Shown here piece after piece: positions 28,968 to 38,626 of a stretch of 64,000 nt of DNA; the stretch's first letter is position 1; every line of letters starts with the position of its first letter. The translations under genes were made by a program, and so were the position numbers. The notes below the pieces were generated by a model, which made no database searches, was not told the origin of the DNA, and worked only from the letters and a program-made list of their open reading frames with translations. This DNA comes from a virus: the IMG/VR virus record IMGVR_UViG_3300032020_000845, positions 32,001 through 96,000 of that record; one strand, given 5' to 3'.

Positions 28968-29438
28968 ATGGTTATTAAGGGTGAAGTAGAGAAAAATGTC
29001 TGGTTAGATACCGACGGATCATTCACTGCTAAACTGATTAATGTAGAAGAAAAACAGTTTGCATTTGACCCTGCTCTTCAATTTACTTTTGAAATACTTG
29101 TTGATTCTACTAATGAAGGGAAACAAGTTACAGGGCTCACCAGTAAAAGAGTAACGCCAGACAATAAAACAGCAAAATGGATTAAGGCTCTTGATCCGAA
29201 CTTTGATCCTGAGATTGGAAGGACTTTTGATTTTGATTATCTTAAGGAAAAGGTTTGTCGCATTTTGGTTGAACAGAACAAAGAGTATTTCAATGTGGTA
29301 AAGTGTAGAGCTCTAAAGCCGGAAGAGTTAGTCATTTTAGAAAAAGTAAAGAAACCAACTCCAGCGCCTGTAGAAAAGAAAGAAGAGAAAAAGGAAAAGC
29401 CTAAAACTACTCCAGCTGATGCTGACATTGATTTTTAA
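28968..29438 (+). CDS. probable single-stranded DNA-binding protein
   Basis: beta-rich core, flexible linker and acidic-aromatic tail DADIDF; lies in the recombination module. Confidence 0.65.
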   Translation: MVIKGEVEKNVWLDTDGSFTAKLINVEEKQFAFDPALQFTFEILVDSTNEGKQVTGLTSKRVTPDNKTAKWIKALDPNFDPEIGRTFDFDYLKEKVCRILVEQNKEYFNVVKCRALKPEELVILEKVKKPTPAPVEKKEEKKEKPKTTPADADIDF

Positions 29439-29448
29439 TAATGAATTT

Positions 29449-29482
29449 GGAGAGAGTAGTAATCCTACTCTCTCCTTGTTTT
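29449..29482 (+). terminator. Rho-independent terminator
   Basis: perfect 11-bp stem GGAGAGAGTAG/CTACTCTCTCC followed by TTGTTTT. Confidence 0.8.
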
Positions 29483-29486
29483 GATT

Positions 29487-30620
29487 ATGAAAATTAAAAA
29501 ATTACAAATTAAGAATTTTCAATCTCATAAAGACACAACTTTAGCATTTGATGAGGGATTGAATGTTATAGTTGGATCTACCAATACTGGAAAATCTGCT
29601 ATTTTAAGGGCTTTGAAAAAGGTGATAAGAGACACTCCAAGTGGAAATAATTTTGTGAATGTAGATGAGAAAGAATGTGTTATTAATGTTACAACCGAAA
29701 ATGATACTATAACACGTAGGATCGCCGTGTCTTCTAATGGAGATACTAAGACAAATGAGTATATTTTGAATGGTGTGCTGTTTGCTAAGTTTGGAAAAGA
29801 AGTTCCTATTGAGATTATAAATGCATTAAGAATGTCTGAAATTGATTTTGATACAATTAAATTGGATTTAAATTTTGCAGATCAACTCGAAGGTCCTTTT
29901 TTATTGACATCTCCTCCTTCTTTAAAAGCAAAAGTTTTAGGAAAGTTAACTGGCGTTGACGTTTTAGACCGTTCTATTATTCAGACAAATAAATATTTGA
30001 GACAATTGTCTGGAGAAATTAAAAATTATACTGGAGAAATACAAAAATTAGAAAAAGAGTTGTCTGAGTTTATTGATATACAAAAATGTGATGAAGAGTT
30101 AAATAATTTAAAACAGTTACTAAATAAAGTTGAACAAGATATTTTGTTGTTAGAAAAATTGCAAATTCTAAAGCTTAATTTAGATGCTGTAGTAACACAA
30201 GGTAAACGAGTTAAAAAAGATGTTGAAAAACTTGGAATAGTTGATACGATTACTTTTGATGATATTGAAAAGACTTTTGTTTTATTTCAAAAAACAAATG
30301 ATTTAAATGTTCAGATAAAGGATATTGATATTAAAGAAAAACGATTACAAATTGAGTTAGAACGTTTTCAGAGTATTCAAGAAATTGATTTTAGTGTTGT
30401 TGAATCTGTTGTGGTTCAGTTAGAAAGAACTGTTAGTTTAGAAAATGAGTTAGTAATTTTTGATGAAATAAAAACTTGTGAGAAGGGCATTGAAAATTTA
30501 AATATGCTTATCGGAACAAAAGTTAAAGAATTAAAAATGTTTTTAGAAATACTAAAAGTTTGTCCAACTTGTGGGCAAGAGTTATCCAATAATGTTATAA
30601 ATGAAATAGTAAAGGAGTAA
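29487..30620 (+). CDS. SbcC/Rad50-like ATPase, N-terminal half
   Basis: IKNFQSH, Walker A GSTNTGKS, Q-loop, coiled coil ending in the CPTC zinc hook. Confidence 0.88.
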   Translation: MKIKKLQIKNFQSHKDTTLAFDEGLNVIVGSTNTGKSAILRALKKVIRDTPSGNNFVNVDEKECVINVTTENDTITRRIAVSSNGDTKTNEYILNGVLFAKFGKEVPIEIINALRMSEIDFDTIKLDLNFADQLEGPFLLTSPPSLKAKVLGKLTGVDVLDRSIIQTNKYLRQLSGEIKNYTGEIQKLEKELSEFIDIQKCDEELNNLKQLLNKVEQDILLLEKLQILKLNLDAVVTQGKRVKKDVEKLGIVDTITFDDIEKTFVLFQKTNDLNVQIKDIDIKEKRLQIELERFQSIQEIDFSVVESVVVQLERTVSLENELVIFDEIKTCEKGIENLNMLIGTKVKELKMFLEILKVCPTCGQELSNNVINEIVKE

Positions 30621-30621
30621 A

Positions 30622-30993
30622 ATGAGATTCAAAAAATTATTAATTCATGAAGTTTATACTGTAGGTGCTTTGGAAAGTAGTAATTTTGAGGTGAGAACTA
30701 TTATAGGAAGAAAAAGTTTTGCAAAAAATCATTATGTTAAATATGTAAATATTATTGGAGAGTCTAAAATAATAAAATGGAAAAGTTTTCAAAAATGGAT
30801 TCATAGAAAATCAGTTAAGTGGCTAGGATTTTATAATTCTAAAAAGAAAATATTTATAACTTTAACAAAACTTGCTGAACTTATGGTAAAACCTATAACT
30901 AGATCCTTTGATTATTATAGTATGTGTAAAAATTTAGTAATAGTAATTCCTATGGAAAATCAAGAAAATGAGGTAAAAAATGAGAGAAGATAA
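30622..30993 (+). CDS. hypothetical protein
   Basis: ORF with AAGGAG RBS. Confidence 0.5.
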   Translation: MRFKKLLIHEVYTVGALESSNFEVRTIIGRKSFAKNHYVKYVNIIGESKIIKWKSFQKWIHRKSVKWLGFYNSKKKIFITLTKLAELMVKPITRSFDYYSMCKNLVIVIPMENQENEVKNERR

Positions 30994-31204
30994 GAAAAGA
31001 AAACCAAAAAAGACTTTTACAAAGAAACGAGGATTACTTTGCATGGTTTGTAGAAGTGTAATTTGTTCTTGGGAACGTCATGATTTTCGTGCTTGTGTGT
31101 GCGGTGCAATTTTTGTTGATGGTGGCGATGACTATTTTCGGTGTGGAGGGACTGGAATAGAAAATCGTGAATATAAGGACGTAATTGTTCAATTTTTAAA
31201 GTAA
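30980..31204 (+). CDS. small zinc-finger protein
   Basis: CMVC...RHDFRACVCG..VDGG. Confidence 0.65.
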   Translation: MREDKKRKPKKTFTKKRGLLCMVCRSVICSWERHDFRACVCGAIFVDGGDDYFRCGGTGIENREYKDVIVQFLK

Positions 31205-31222
31205 AATATAAAAGGAGTAAAA

Positions 31223-31549
31223 ATGAGAATTGAATTAAAAGAATCTGAAAAATTATATCCTTTAGGAACTGAGGATTTAGATACTACTCTTCACTTAACT
31301 ACTTGGATAGGAACCGGGACAATGAAATGGTTTTTTGCAGTTATGGTAGGAGATGCATTTTCTCGTCCTTATTGGGACGATTCTAAACGTTCAAATACAA
31401 CCCCTGTCCATAAGGTTTTAGCAATTTTTGATAATAAAGAAGAAGCAAGAAGTTTTATGTTGAATAATATACAACCAGATATTTATTTGAGTTTTGGATG
31501 GATAATAACAGACGAAAAAGAAAATGCAAATACTGTCGAAAAAAAGTAA
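31223..31549 (+). CDS. hypothetical protein
   Basis: ORF with AAGGAG RBS. Confidence 0.55.
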   Translation: MRIELKESEKLYPLGTEDLDTTLHLTTWIGTGTMKWFFAVMVGDAFSRPYWDDSKRSNTTPVHKVLAIFDNKEEARSFMLNNIQPDIYLSFGWIITDEKENANTVEKK

Positions 31550-32132
31550 AGAAAACGTTTTTGAAAAAGCTTTGTCTTTAATTCAAGATAAAGAAAAACG
31601 AAATTGGGTTAAAAAGGTATTAACTACTTTTCCTGAGTATTTTTGGACTCAAGCAGCTAGTACTACTGGAAAATATCATCCCAATTGTGTTAATGTTAAA
31701 AGCGGTTTATTAATTCATACAAAAAGGGTAACGTGGTTTGCTCTTATATTTATTCGGGCATTTGGTCTTGAATCCTTAGATCAAGATGATATTATTGCTG
31801 CTTGCATTTTACACGATGGATGGAAAGGAGGAAAAGGATGTGGAGAAAGAACTACAAGTTATCAAAATTATTTAGATCATCCAATATTAGTTGAAAAATT
31901 TTATAGGCAATCTTTTCCGGAAGAAAAACTAGAAAATTGGCAACAAAGAATTTTTGATTTAATAAAATATCATATGGGACCTTGGACGCCAGATTTAGTA
32001 AAGAAACCTTTAGAAAAATATTCGATTCTAGAACTTAGTATATATTTAGCTGACTATTTTGCTTCGCGAAAAGAATTGAGAACAAAAGTGGATAGTTTTG
32101 GGGATTTAAAATTAGAATATGAGGATGTTTAA
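31524..32132 (+). CDS. HD-domain phosphohydrolase
   Basis: ASTTGKYHP, GLLIHT, LHDGWK, HMG and LADY motifs. Confidence 0.85.
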   Translation: MQILSKKSKENVFEKALSLIQDKEKRNWVKKVLTTFPEYFWTQAASTTGKYHPNCVNVKSGLLIHTKRVTWFALIFIRAFGLESLDQDDIIAACILHDGWKGGKGCGERTTSYQNYLDHPILVEKFYRQSFPEEKLENWQQRIFDLIKYHMGPWTPDLVKKPLEKYSILELSIYLADYFASRKELRTKVDSFGDLKLEYEDV

Positions 32133-32444
32133 ATGAATATAATTTGGTTATTGTTCGCACACTATATTGGAGACATAGCATTACAAAGCGATTGGCAGGC
32201 GCAGAATAAGGGTAAGTATTGGTATGTAATGTTGTCCCACTGCATGATTTGGACTGCTTGTATTTCGGTTGCCCTCCAATATTTTGGGATTTTTGCTTTT
32301 TGGAAAGTGATATTTCTTTTAGCGGGACATTGGATTTCTGATTCTTGGAAATCTAAAAAACCAAAAACACCAGATTGTTGGTGGTATATTTATCCAGATC
32401 AACTATTCCATATAATTCAATGCATTATAGTTTATTTATTTTGA
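32133..32444 (+). CDS. DUF3307-like membrane protein
   Basis: AHYIGDIALQ, H...H..D and DQLFH motifs. Confidence 0.75.
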   Translation: MNIIWLLFAHYIGDIALQSDWQAQNKGKYWYVMLSHCMIWTACISVALQYFGIFAFWKVIFLLAGHWISDSWKSKKPKTPDCWWYIYPDQLFHIIQCIIVYLF

Positions 32445-32457
32445 AAGGTAATTTAAA

Positions 32458-33171
32458 ATGATAACAAGAGTATTTGCTATTTCTGATTTGCATTTATCAT
32501 TTGGATGTCATAATGCAAAACCTATGACTCGATTCGGACCTCTTTGGGAAGGGCATCCTGATATTATAAGAGAACATTGGGAAAGAACTGTTGGTAAAGA
32601 TGATTTAGTATTATTGCCAGGAGATATATCTTGGGCAAATAAAATAAGGGATGCAATGCCAGATTTATTGTGGTTAGATAGTTTACCTGGACAAAAACTT
32701 TTAATAAAAGGAAATCACGATTATTGGCTTAAAGATAATATTGAACATAATAATGAATTGCCTCCAAGTATTCATATTTTGAGAACTTCGTTTATGTATG
32801 GCGGTGTTTATGTATTTGGAACTAGAGGATGGAAATCTTTTGAAGAATTGGAATCTGATAAAGATAAAAAAGTTTGGGAAAGAGAGTTGTATAAACTTTT
32901 ATTTTCCTTTACAGAAGTTAGTAAAATGGCAACTTCTGGTATCTTGATGTTACACTTTCCTCCTTTTACAAAAAATAAAATGGGAACACTTTGGTGGGAT
33001 TTAATAAAAGAAAGAATGATACCTTCTTTTAATATAACAGATTGTGTTTATGGGCACTTTCACCAAGAAGACCAATTACAGGCTTTTGAAGGAGAAAGAG
33101 AAGGAATAAATTTTCACTTTGTTAGTTGTGATTTTCTTAAATTTTGCCCTAAGTTAATTTTGGAGAGATAA
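32458..33171 (+). CDS. calcineurin-like metallophosphoesterase
   Basis: SDLH, PGDISWA, GNHDYW, HFPP and YGHFH motifs. Confidence 0.9.
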   Translation: MITRVFAISDLHLSFGCHNAKPMTRFGPLWEGHPDIIREHWERTVGKDDLVLLPGDISWANKIRDAMPDLLWLDSLPGQKLLIKGNHDYWLKDNIEHNNELPPSIHILRTSFMYGGVYVFGTRGWKSFEELESDKDKKVWERELYKLLFSFTEVSKMATSGILMLHFPPFTKNKMGTLWWDLIKERMIPSFNITDCVYGHFHQEDQLQAFEGEREGINFHFVSCDFLKFCPKLILER

Positions 33172-34130
33172 TGACAAAAATTCTTTATTTTGGAGATTCT
33201 CATATAAGAGGCAATAACCCTTGTAGCCGTAAAGACGATTATCCGAATGCTTTAAAGGCAAAATTTTGTGAAATAACTAATTTAATTAAGGATAAAAAAA
33301 TTGATTGTGTTTTGTGTGGTGGAGATTTATTTAATTCTCCAGATGTTTCAAAAGCAATTATTTCTGAGTATATAAAAATATTTAAACAATGGAAAGTTCC
33401 ATTTTTAACTGTAATAGGATCGCATGATTATCTGGGTTACCAACTAAATACAATTTTGAGATCTGCATTAGGTGTTTTGGACGCGGCAGAGATTGTGTAT
33501 ATTCTTGATAAAGAAAGGGGATATAGATTGACTGACAAGGTTACTATAAAGGGAATACATCATTCATATAATCTTGACTTAAACCCTAAAAATTACTTTG
33601 TGAAAAAAGATACAAATGGTATTTTAATAGAAGTGGTACATGGAATGGTTGTTGACAAACCTTTTTTTGATGAATATACTTTGATAAAGGATATTAAAAC
33701 TGAAGCAGATGTGATGCTTTGTGCTCATTATCATCCAGGATGGGAATCACAAAAGGTAAATAATGCTTTGTTTATAAATCCAGGATCTTTGGGGCGTGTT
33801 GAGAATATTGAAAGAGTTTTTCCTCCGTCTGTTGTTATTTTGGATGTAGGAGAACAAATAGATTATGAAATTATTCCTTTGAAGTGTGCCTCTCCTTCTG
33901 AAACTATTTTTAAAAATGTTACTAAATTAGGTTCAGAAATGTCAGAAAAGATTTTAGAATTTATGAAAACTCTTTCAAACAGAACTGGAGATTTGGAAAG
34001 ACAAGATGCTAAAAGTTTAGTATTAAAAATAGCAAAAGAAGAAAAAGTTGATGAAAAAGTTATAGAGGAAGCAATTAATATAATTGATGGAGTTATGTTT
34101 GATGAATCAGGAATTAGAACATTTAATTGA
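33171..34130 (+). CDS. SbcD/Mre11-like nuclease
   Basis: GDSH, GGDLF, GSHD, HG, AHYH and NPGSLGR motifs. Confidence 0.88.
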   Translation: MTKILYFGDSHIRGNNPCSRKDDYPNALKAKFCEITNLIKDKKIDCVLCGGDLFNSPDVSKAIISEYIKIFKQWKVPFLTVIGSHDYLGYQLNTILRSALGVLDAAEIVYILDKERGYRLTDKVTIKGIHHSYNLDLNPKNYFVKKDTNGILIEVVHGMVVDKPFFDEYTLIKDIKTEADVMLCAHYHPGWESQKVNNALFINPGSLGRVENIERVFPPSVVILDVGEQIDYEIIPLKCASPSETIFKNVTKLGSEMSEKILEFMKTLSNRTGDLERQDAKSLVLKIAKEEKVDEKVIEEAINIIDGVMFDESGIRTFN

Positions 34131-34776
34131 AACTAATAAAATTGCTATGGATTACTTTCAACAACAGTTGAAGGACTCTATGGAGGCATTAGAATATCTT
34201 CAAAAGCGAAATATTAATGAAGAAATGATTGATCTTTTTAAATTAGGATATGCTCCTTTAGAATCTCGATATGAATGGTTTTTGAGTAATCGTTTAGTTT
34301 TTCCATTTTTTGATATTTATGGTGATCCTGTAGGTTTTGTTGGAAGAACTTTTTCTGGAGAAGACCCAAAATATATAAATTCAAAAGAATCGCCAATTTT
34401 TCAAAAAAGTAGAATGTTATATGGATTATTTCAAACTCAAGAGTCAATAGAAAGATTAGGATATGTTATTTTGGTTGAAGGACAATTTGATGTTTTGAGG
34501 CTATTTCAGGAAGGTATTATTAATGTTGCAGGTTTGGGAGGATCCTCTTTTACTATAGATCAAGCAAGATTAGTGTGTCGTTATATAAATAAGGTAGTTA
34601 CTGTTTTTGATTCTGATACTGCTGGAAAAAAAGTAGCAAAAAAAGCAGTTATTAATTTACAAGGAATAGGTGTAAATGTTAAAAACGTTGAGTTGCCTGA
34701 AGGAGAAGATCCTGATAGTTTTGTATTGAAATATGGTAAAGAAAAGTTTTTAAGTTTAGTTAAGGAGGAAAAATAA
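34102..34776 (+). CDS. dnaG: DnaG primase catalytic core (TOPRIM) lacking the zinc-binding domain
   Basis: YLQKR, RLVFP, GFVGR, PKYINS, VEGQFD, FDSDTAG and DPD motifs. Confidence 0.9.
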   Translation: MNQELEHLIETNKIAMDYFQQQLKDSMEALEYLQKRNINEEMIDLFKLGYAPLESRYEWFLSNRLVFPFFDIYGDPVGFVGRTFSGEDPKYINSKESPIFQKSRMLYGLFQTQESIERLGYVILVEGQFDVLRLFQEGIINVAGLGGSSFTIDQARLVCRYINKVVTVFDSDTAGKKVAKKAVINLQGIGVNVKNVELPEGEDPDSFVLKYGKEKFLSLVKEEK

Positions 34777-34777
34777 A

Positions 34778-35011
34778 ATGACATATTTATTATTTCAGAT
34801 TTACGATGATACTGGAAAAACCAAAGCTTGGAATGTTATTAATAATGAAAGTGGTGATTGTTTAGGTTTTATCAGATGGTATGGGGCTTGGAGAAAATAT
34901 TGCTTTTTCCCGCATGAAGATACAGTTTTTTGTTCAAAATGTTTATCGGAAATAGTAAGTTTTATGCAAGACCAAATGAAATTAAGGAATAGAGAAAGGA
35001 GTAAAAAATAA
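34778..35011 (+). CDS. hypothetical protein
   Basis: ORF with AGGAGG RBS. Confidence 0.6.
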   Translation: MTYLLFQIYDDTGKTKAWNVINNESGDCLGFIRWYGAWRKYCFFPHEDTVFCSKCLSEIVSFMQDQMKLRNRERSKK

Positions 35012-35259
35012 TGAATAGTGAAGAAAAGTTAAAAAAATTAAAAACAGAAGTTGAGAAATTAAAAACTGATAAAATACGCAAAGAAGAGCAATTAAAGAAT
35101 TTAAGACAGAAGCGTGATGAGATAGTTACAGAGATTACGACATTAGGTTATACCCCAGAAAATTTACCGGATGAAAGTGAAAAACTTAAAAATTCAATAA
35201 AGTCTCAACTATCTGAAATTGAATCTAAAATATTACAAGGACTTGTAAATGAAGAATAA
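35011..35259 (+). CDS. coiled-coil protein, possible SbcC accessory piece
   Basis: heptad-rich; coupled to the SbcC C-terminal gene. Confidence 0.55.
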   Translation: MNSEEKLKKLKTEVEKLKTDKIRKEEQLKNLRQKRDEIVTEITTLGYTPENLPDESEKLKNSIKSQLSEIESKILQGLVNEE

Positions 35260-35893
35260 ATTTGGACAATTAAAAAGTTCTTTTGATGTTGAAGTTTTAA
35301 AATTGGAACGTATCAAAGGACGTTACGAAGAAAAAAAGAAAACTCTTGAAAATATTACTTCTAAACTTAAAGAAGATGAAGAAAGAGTAGAGATTTATAA
35401 AAATGTTCTTCTTTTGTTTGAAAAAGCAAGTGTTGTCGCTCGTAGAAAAATTAAAGATGAAATAGAACTATTAATTACGCATGGCCTTCAGTCCGTGTTC
35501 GAAGATCCAGGTATTGCGTTTAAAGTTGAGTTTGTGAGTCGTCGAAACCAAATAGAAGCAGATTTTTATTTGGAGTGGATTGAACAGGAAAAAAAGATTC
35601 GAGGTAATATTGTAGATTCATTCGGGGGAGGTATTGTAGATATAATTTCTTTAGTTTTAAGACTTGTAGTATTAGAACTCTCTGGAACTCTAGGCCCTTT
35701 GTTCTTAGATGAACCTGGTAAAATGCTGTCAGAACAGTATATTCCAAATTTTGGTAATTTCTTAGTTGAACTAAGTAAAACATTTGGTAGACAAATAATT
35801 TTAATTACTCATGATGAATTGCTTTCTGCATATGCCTCGAAGACGTTTGTTGTTAGTTTAGATGAAAAAGGGGAGAGTGTTGTAAATGGCTAA
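35249..35893 (+). CDS. SbcC/Rad50-like ATPase, C-terminal half
   Basis: coiled coil, ABC signature SFGGG, Walker B FLDEP, H-loop ITH; no Walker A. Confidence 0.85.
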   Translation: MKNKFGQLKSSFDVEVLKLERIKGRYEEKKKTLENITSKLKEDEERVEIYKNVLLLFEKASVVARRKIKDEIELLITHGLQSVFEDPGIAFKVEFVSRRNQIEADFYLEWIEQEKKIRGNIVDSFGGGIVDIISLVLRLVVLELSGTLGPLFLDEPGKMLSEQYIPNFGNFLVELSKTFGRQIILITHDELLSAYASKTFVVSLDEKGESVVNG

Positions 35894-36308
35894 AAGGAAT
35901 ACAATTTTTAAGCAGTTCGAAGAACAAGTGGGTCAGTGGTTTGGCGTTCACAGAAATCCATTGTCTGGGCAAAATAATAGAGACGATAGTGGTAAAAAAC
36001 GTTTGGGAGATATCCTTTACAAGTTTGTAGCAGTAGAAGGAAAAACAAGACGTAAAAATTCTGTTATTAGTAGAGCATATGAAACTAAAAAATTAGCAGA
36101 AAAACATAATAAACAATGGTTACATTTTGAACGTTTAGTTGGTGATACTAAGACTATTATTACTGTTTGTGATGAATCGTTAGTGATTAAGTTTGTAAAA
36201 TTGCTAAATCTTCTATTTCAAGACGAAAAATTTGCAAGTGAAGTTATTGATTTAATAGAACAAAGATTGGAGGAGATAAAGAAAAATGAGGATTCCAATA
36301 ATAAGTAA
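35886..36308 (+). CDS. PD-(D/E)xK nuclease, possible Holliday junction resolvase
   Basis: FE..V, PLSG and GDI...VEGK motifs. Confidence 0.55.
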   Translation: MAKRNTIFKQFEEQVGQWFGVHRNPLSGQNNRDDSGKKRLGDILYKFVAVEGKTRRKNSVISRAYETKKLAEKHNKQWLHFERLVGDTKTIITVCDESLVIKFVKLLNLLFQDEKFASEVIDLIEQRLEEIKKNEDSNNK

Positions 36309-36699
36309 TTGGATTGACAAACAAATAGAACAAAAAATAAAAGAGCAAAAGGATTTGTTAACTAGCTTTTCTGAGCAGTCGCGTGATATTATTTTACAAG
36401 ATGACGAATTATTGAGTGCAATGGCAAAACAAAGAGTTCTTTTATTAAGACAGAATAGGAAACCAATTGCAATTTTTATTAGTGAAAAAACCTTTGATAT
36501 GATTATATCGAAGATAGCTATTCCTATTATTTATGATAAAATTTATAGTTCAATAGAAAAGATAAAGGAAGGCAGGATTCCAGTGACCGATATTGCAAAA
36601 ATACCTGTTTATGTTAATCCTTTATTGAAAGATGCTATGTTATTTGTTGTAGGCGCAATAGTTTGGAAAAGTTTTAATAATGGAGAAGAAAATGGATAA
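36286..36699 (+). CDS. hypothetical protein
   Basis: ORF with GGAGG RBS. Confidence 0.55.
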   Translation: MRIPIISNWIDKQIEQKIKEQKDLLTSFSEQSRDIILQDDELLSAMAKQRVLLLRQNRKPIAIFISEKTFDMIISKIAIPIIYDKIYSSIEKIKEGRIPVTDIAKIPVYVNPLLKDAMLFVVGAIVWKSFNNGEENG

Positions 36700-38095
36700 C
36701 AGTAGGAAAGACAGAAAGCTTGTAGATTCTTTTTTAATTGAGTATGAAGAAGTACTTAAAAGAGTAAAGAATGAAGATAATATAGAAAGGGAAGTAGCTA
36801 AGTTTTTGGGTATTTCTGTTGAAAAACTTTTTCAAATAAGTCAGAACTATCCAAAATTTAAATTGCCTTTTATATGTTCTTCCCTTCCAAAAATATTACA
36901 AGAAAAAGGTTTTGAAATTGCCTCTGTAGTTTTTTGTACTTATCATGGTATTAGAAGTGCTACACGGCAATTGGTTGAAATCGATCTTGATAAAACTGTT
37001 GAAGTCGTTACTTTGGGTCAATACTTCGTAACAAAAAAAGATGAAAAGTTTGTTGTTTCAGTAGATTTTGAAAGCAATATGTTTGTGGGTTGGATTTATG
37101 TTTATTCAAATGAAAAAAATAAGGAAGGGGCTTCTCAAGTTATTACCGATTTGGATTTATGGCTCCAACAGAACAATTTTCTAAAAGGAAAAAAAATTAC
37201 TTCTTTTGGGAAATTTTTGAAATTAAAAAAATATAGTTGGGAAGATATAATTTTTTCGGAACAATTAGAGACAGAAATAAAACGAAATATTGAGAAATAT
37301 TTATTAAATTTTAAAATATATTGTGAGAATGGTCTCCCAACGAAACGGGGAATTTTATTAGCGGGTCCTCCAGGTATAGGTAAAACTCTTTTAGGAAAAG
37401 TTTTAGCATCTACAATTAAGAACACTACTTTTATTTGGGTTACTCCTAAAAGTTATAATCCTAATCACGATTATATTAATATGTTATTTGACTTGGCAAT
37501 AGAAACCGCTCCTACTATATTATTTATGGAAGATGTTGATTTTTATGGTACAAGCAGATCTAATGGAAATAATTCATTTGTTCTTGGGGAATTTTTAAAT
37601 AAAGTTGATGGTCTTGTAGAAAATGAGGGTGTTTTAATTATAATGACTACAAATTATCCAGAACTGCTTGACAAAGCTATAAAAGAGAGGCCAGGAAGAT
37701 TTGATAGATTAATAACAATCCCTTTTCCTGAAAGTAAGGAACGTTTGAAAATGCTTAAACGTTTTTGTAAAGATTTAAGGGTCTTTCCTAATGTAGATTG
37801 GGAAAGTATTGTAGTTTCCACTGATAGATTTACTGGAGCCTTTTTGAAAGAGCTTGTTATAACGGCAGCGGGCCTTGCTATCGATGAAGGTTCTTTAAAT
37901 AAAGATGGAAAAGTTATTTTGAAACAAGAGTATTTTGATTCTGCTATTAAAATTTTGAAAGAATATAGTGAAATGCAAACAAAAAAGACTGTAGGATTTG
38001 GGAATACTCAAGATTCTGAAGAACTTTGTGAAGAAGCCGTATACCCAACTGAAAAGGGTGATTTTTATAAAATGGATACTGGAGAAATAGAATGA
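36692..38095 (+). CDS. AAA+ ATPase (FtsH/CDC48-type module, no protease domain)
   Basis: GPPGIGKT, FMEDVD, TTNYPELLDKAIKERPGRFD. Confidence 0.9.
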   Translation: MDNSRKDRKLVDSFLIEYEEVLKRVKNEDNIEREVAKFLGISVEKLFQISQNYPKFKLPFICSSLPKILQEKGFEIASVVFCTYHGIRSATRQLVEIDLDKTVEVVTLGQYFVTKKDEKFVVSVDFESNMFVGWIYVYSNEKNKEGASQVITDLDLWLQQNNFLKGKKITSFGKFLKLKKYSWEDIIFSEQLETEIKRNIEKYLLNFKIYCENGLPTKRGILLAGPPGIGKTLLGKVLASTIKNTTFIWVTPKSYNPNHDYINMLFDLAIETAPTILFMEDVDFYGTSRSNGNNSFVLGEFLNKVDGLVENEGVLIIMTTNYPELLDKAIKERPGRFDRLITIPFPESKERLKMLKRFCKDLRVFPNVDWESIVVSTDRFTGAFLKELVITAAGLAIDEGSLNKDGKVILKQEYFDSAIKILKEYSEMQTKKTVGFGNTQDSEELCEEAVYPTEKGDFYKMDTGEIE

Positions 38096-38361
38096 CAAAA
38101 AGAATAAAAGATAAATTTGATGGTTGGAAAGTGCTTGACAATGAAAAGCTTAAAGAACGTAGACAACAAATGAAACCTCCCTATAACATTAAGAGACGTA
38201 TGGCAAAAGAGTTAGGGATAGACCCAAATCTTCTCAAAAAATACGAAGAGTTACAAATATTTCCTTCATTAGACACTTTTAAAAAATTGTGTCTATTTCT
38301 TCAATTATCCGCCGATGAACTGCTTGGGCTTGAAATAATAGATGACGACTCTGTAGACTAA
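38092..38361 (+). CDS. XRE-family HTH regulator
   Basis: LKERR...MAKELGID...YE...PSLDTFKKLC..LQLSADELLG. Confidence 0.75.
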   Translation: MTKRIKDKFDGWKVLDNEKLKERRQQMKPPYNIKRRMAKELGIDPNLLKKYEELQIFPSLDTFKKLCLFLQLSADELLGLEIIDDDSVD

Positions 38362-38423
38362 AGTCTATTTTGCTTTCAATTTTTTTGTCAATCTCTATAA
38401 TAGTAATAGAAGTAATGATTTAG

Positions 38424-38452
38424 TAGGCTTGGAAACAGGTCTATTTTTGTAT
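38424..38452 (+). terminator. hairpin with GAAA tetraloop and T tract at the boundary of the replication and packaging modules
   Basis: TAGGCTTG-GAAA-CAGGTCTA (two G-U pairs) followed by TTTTTGT. Confidence 0.55.
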
Positions 38453-38465
38453 TTTTGGAGGAAAG

Positions 38466-38600
38466 ATGTTAAAAAAGAGAGCAAAAGGTACTCGAACTTT
38501 ACTGAAATGTGAAAAGTGTGGGAAAAAAGTTTCTACTCTTTATGATGGTAACGATGGGAAAAAAGTTTGTGCCCAATGTCTTGAAAATAGTGGAAAATAA
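38466..38600 (+). CDS. 44-aa zinc-ribbon protein (below the ORF-track cutoff)
   Basis: GGAGG RBS; MLKKRA...CEKC...CAQC. Confidence 0.55.
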   Translation: MLKKRAKGTRTLLKCEKCGKKVSTLYDGNDGKKVCAQCLENSGK

Positions 38601-38626
38601 TTTTATTGAAATAACGGAGGTAAGAT

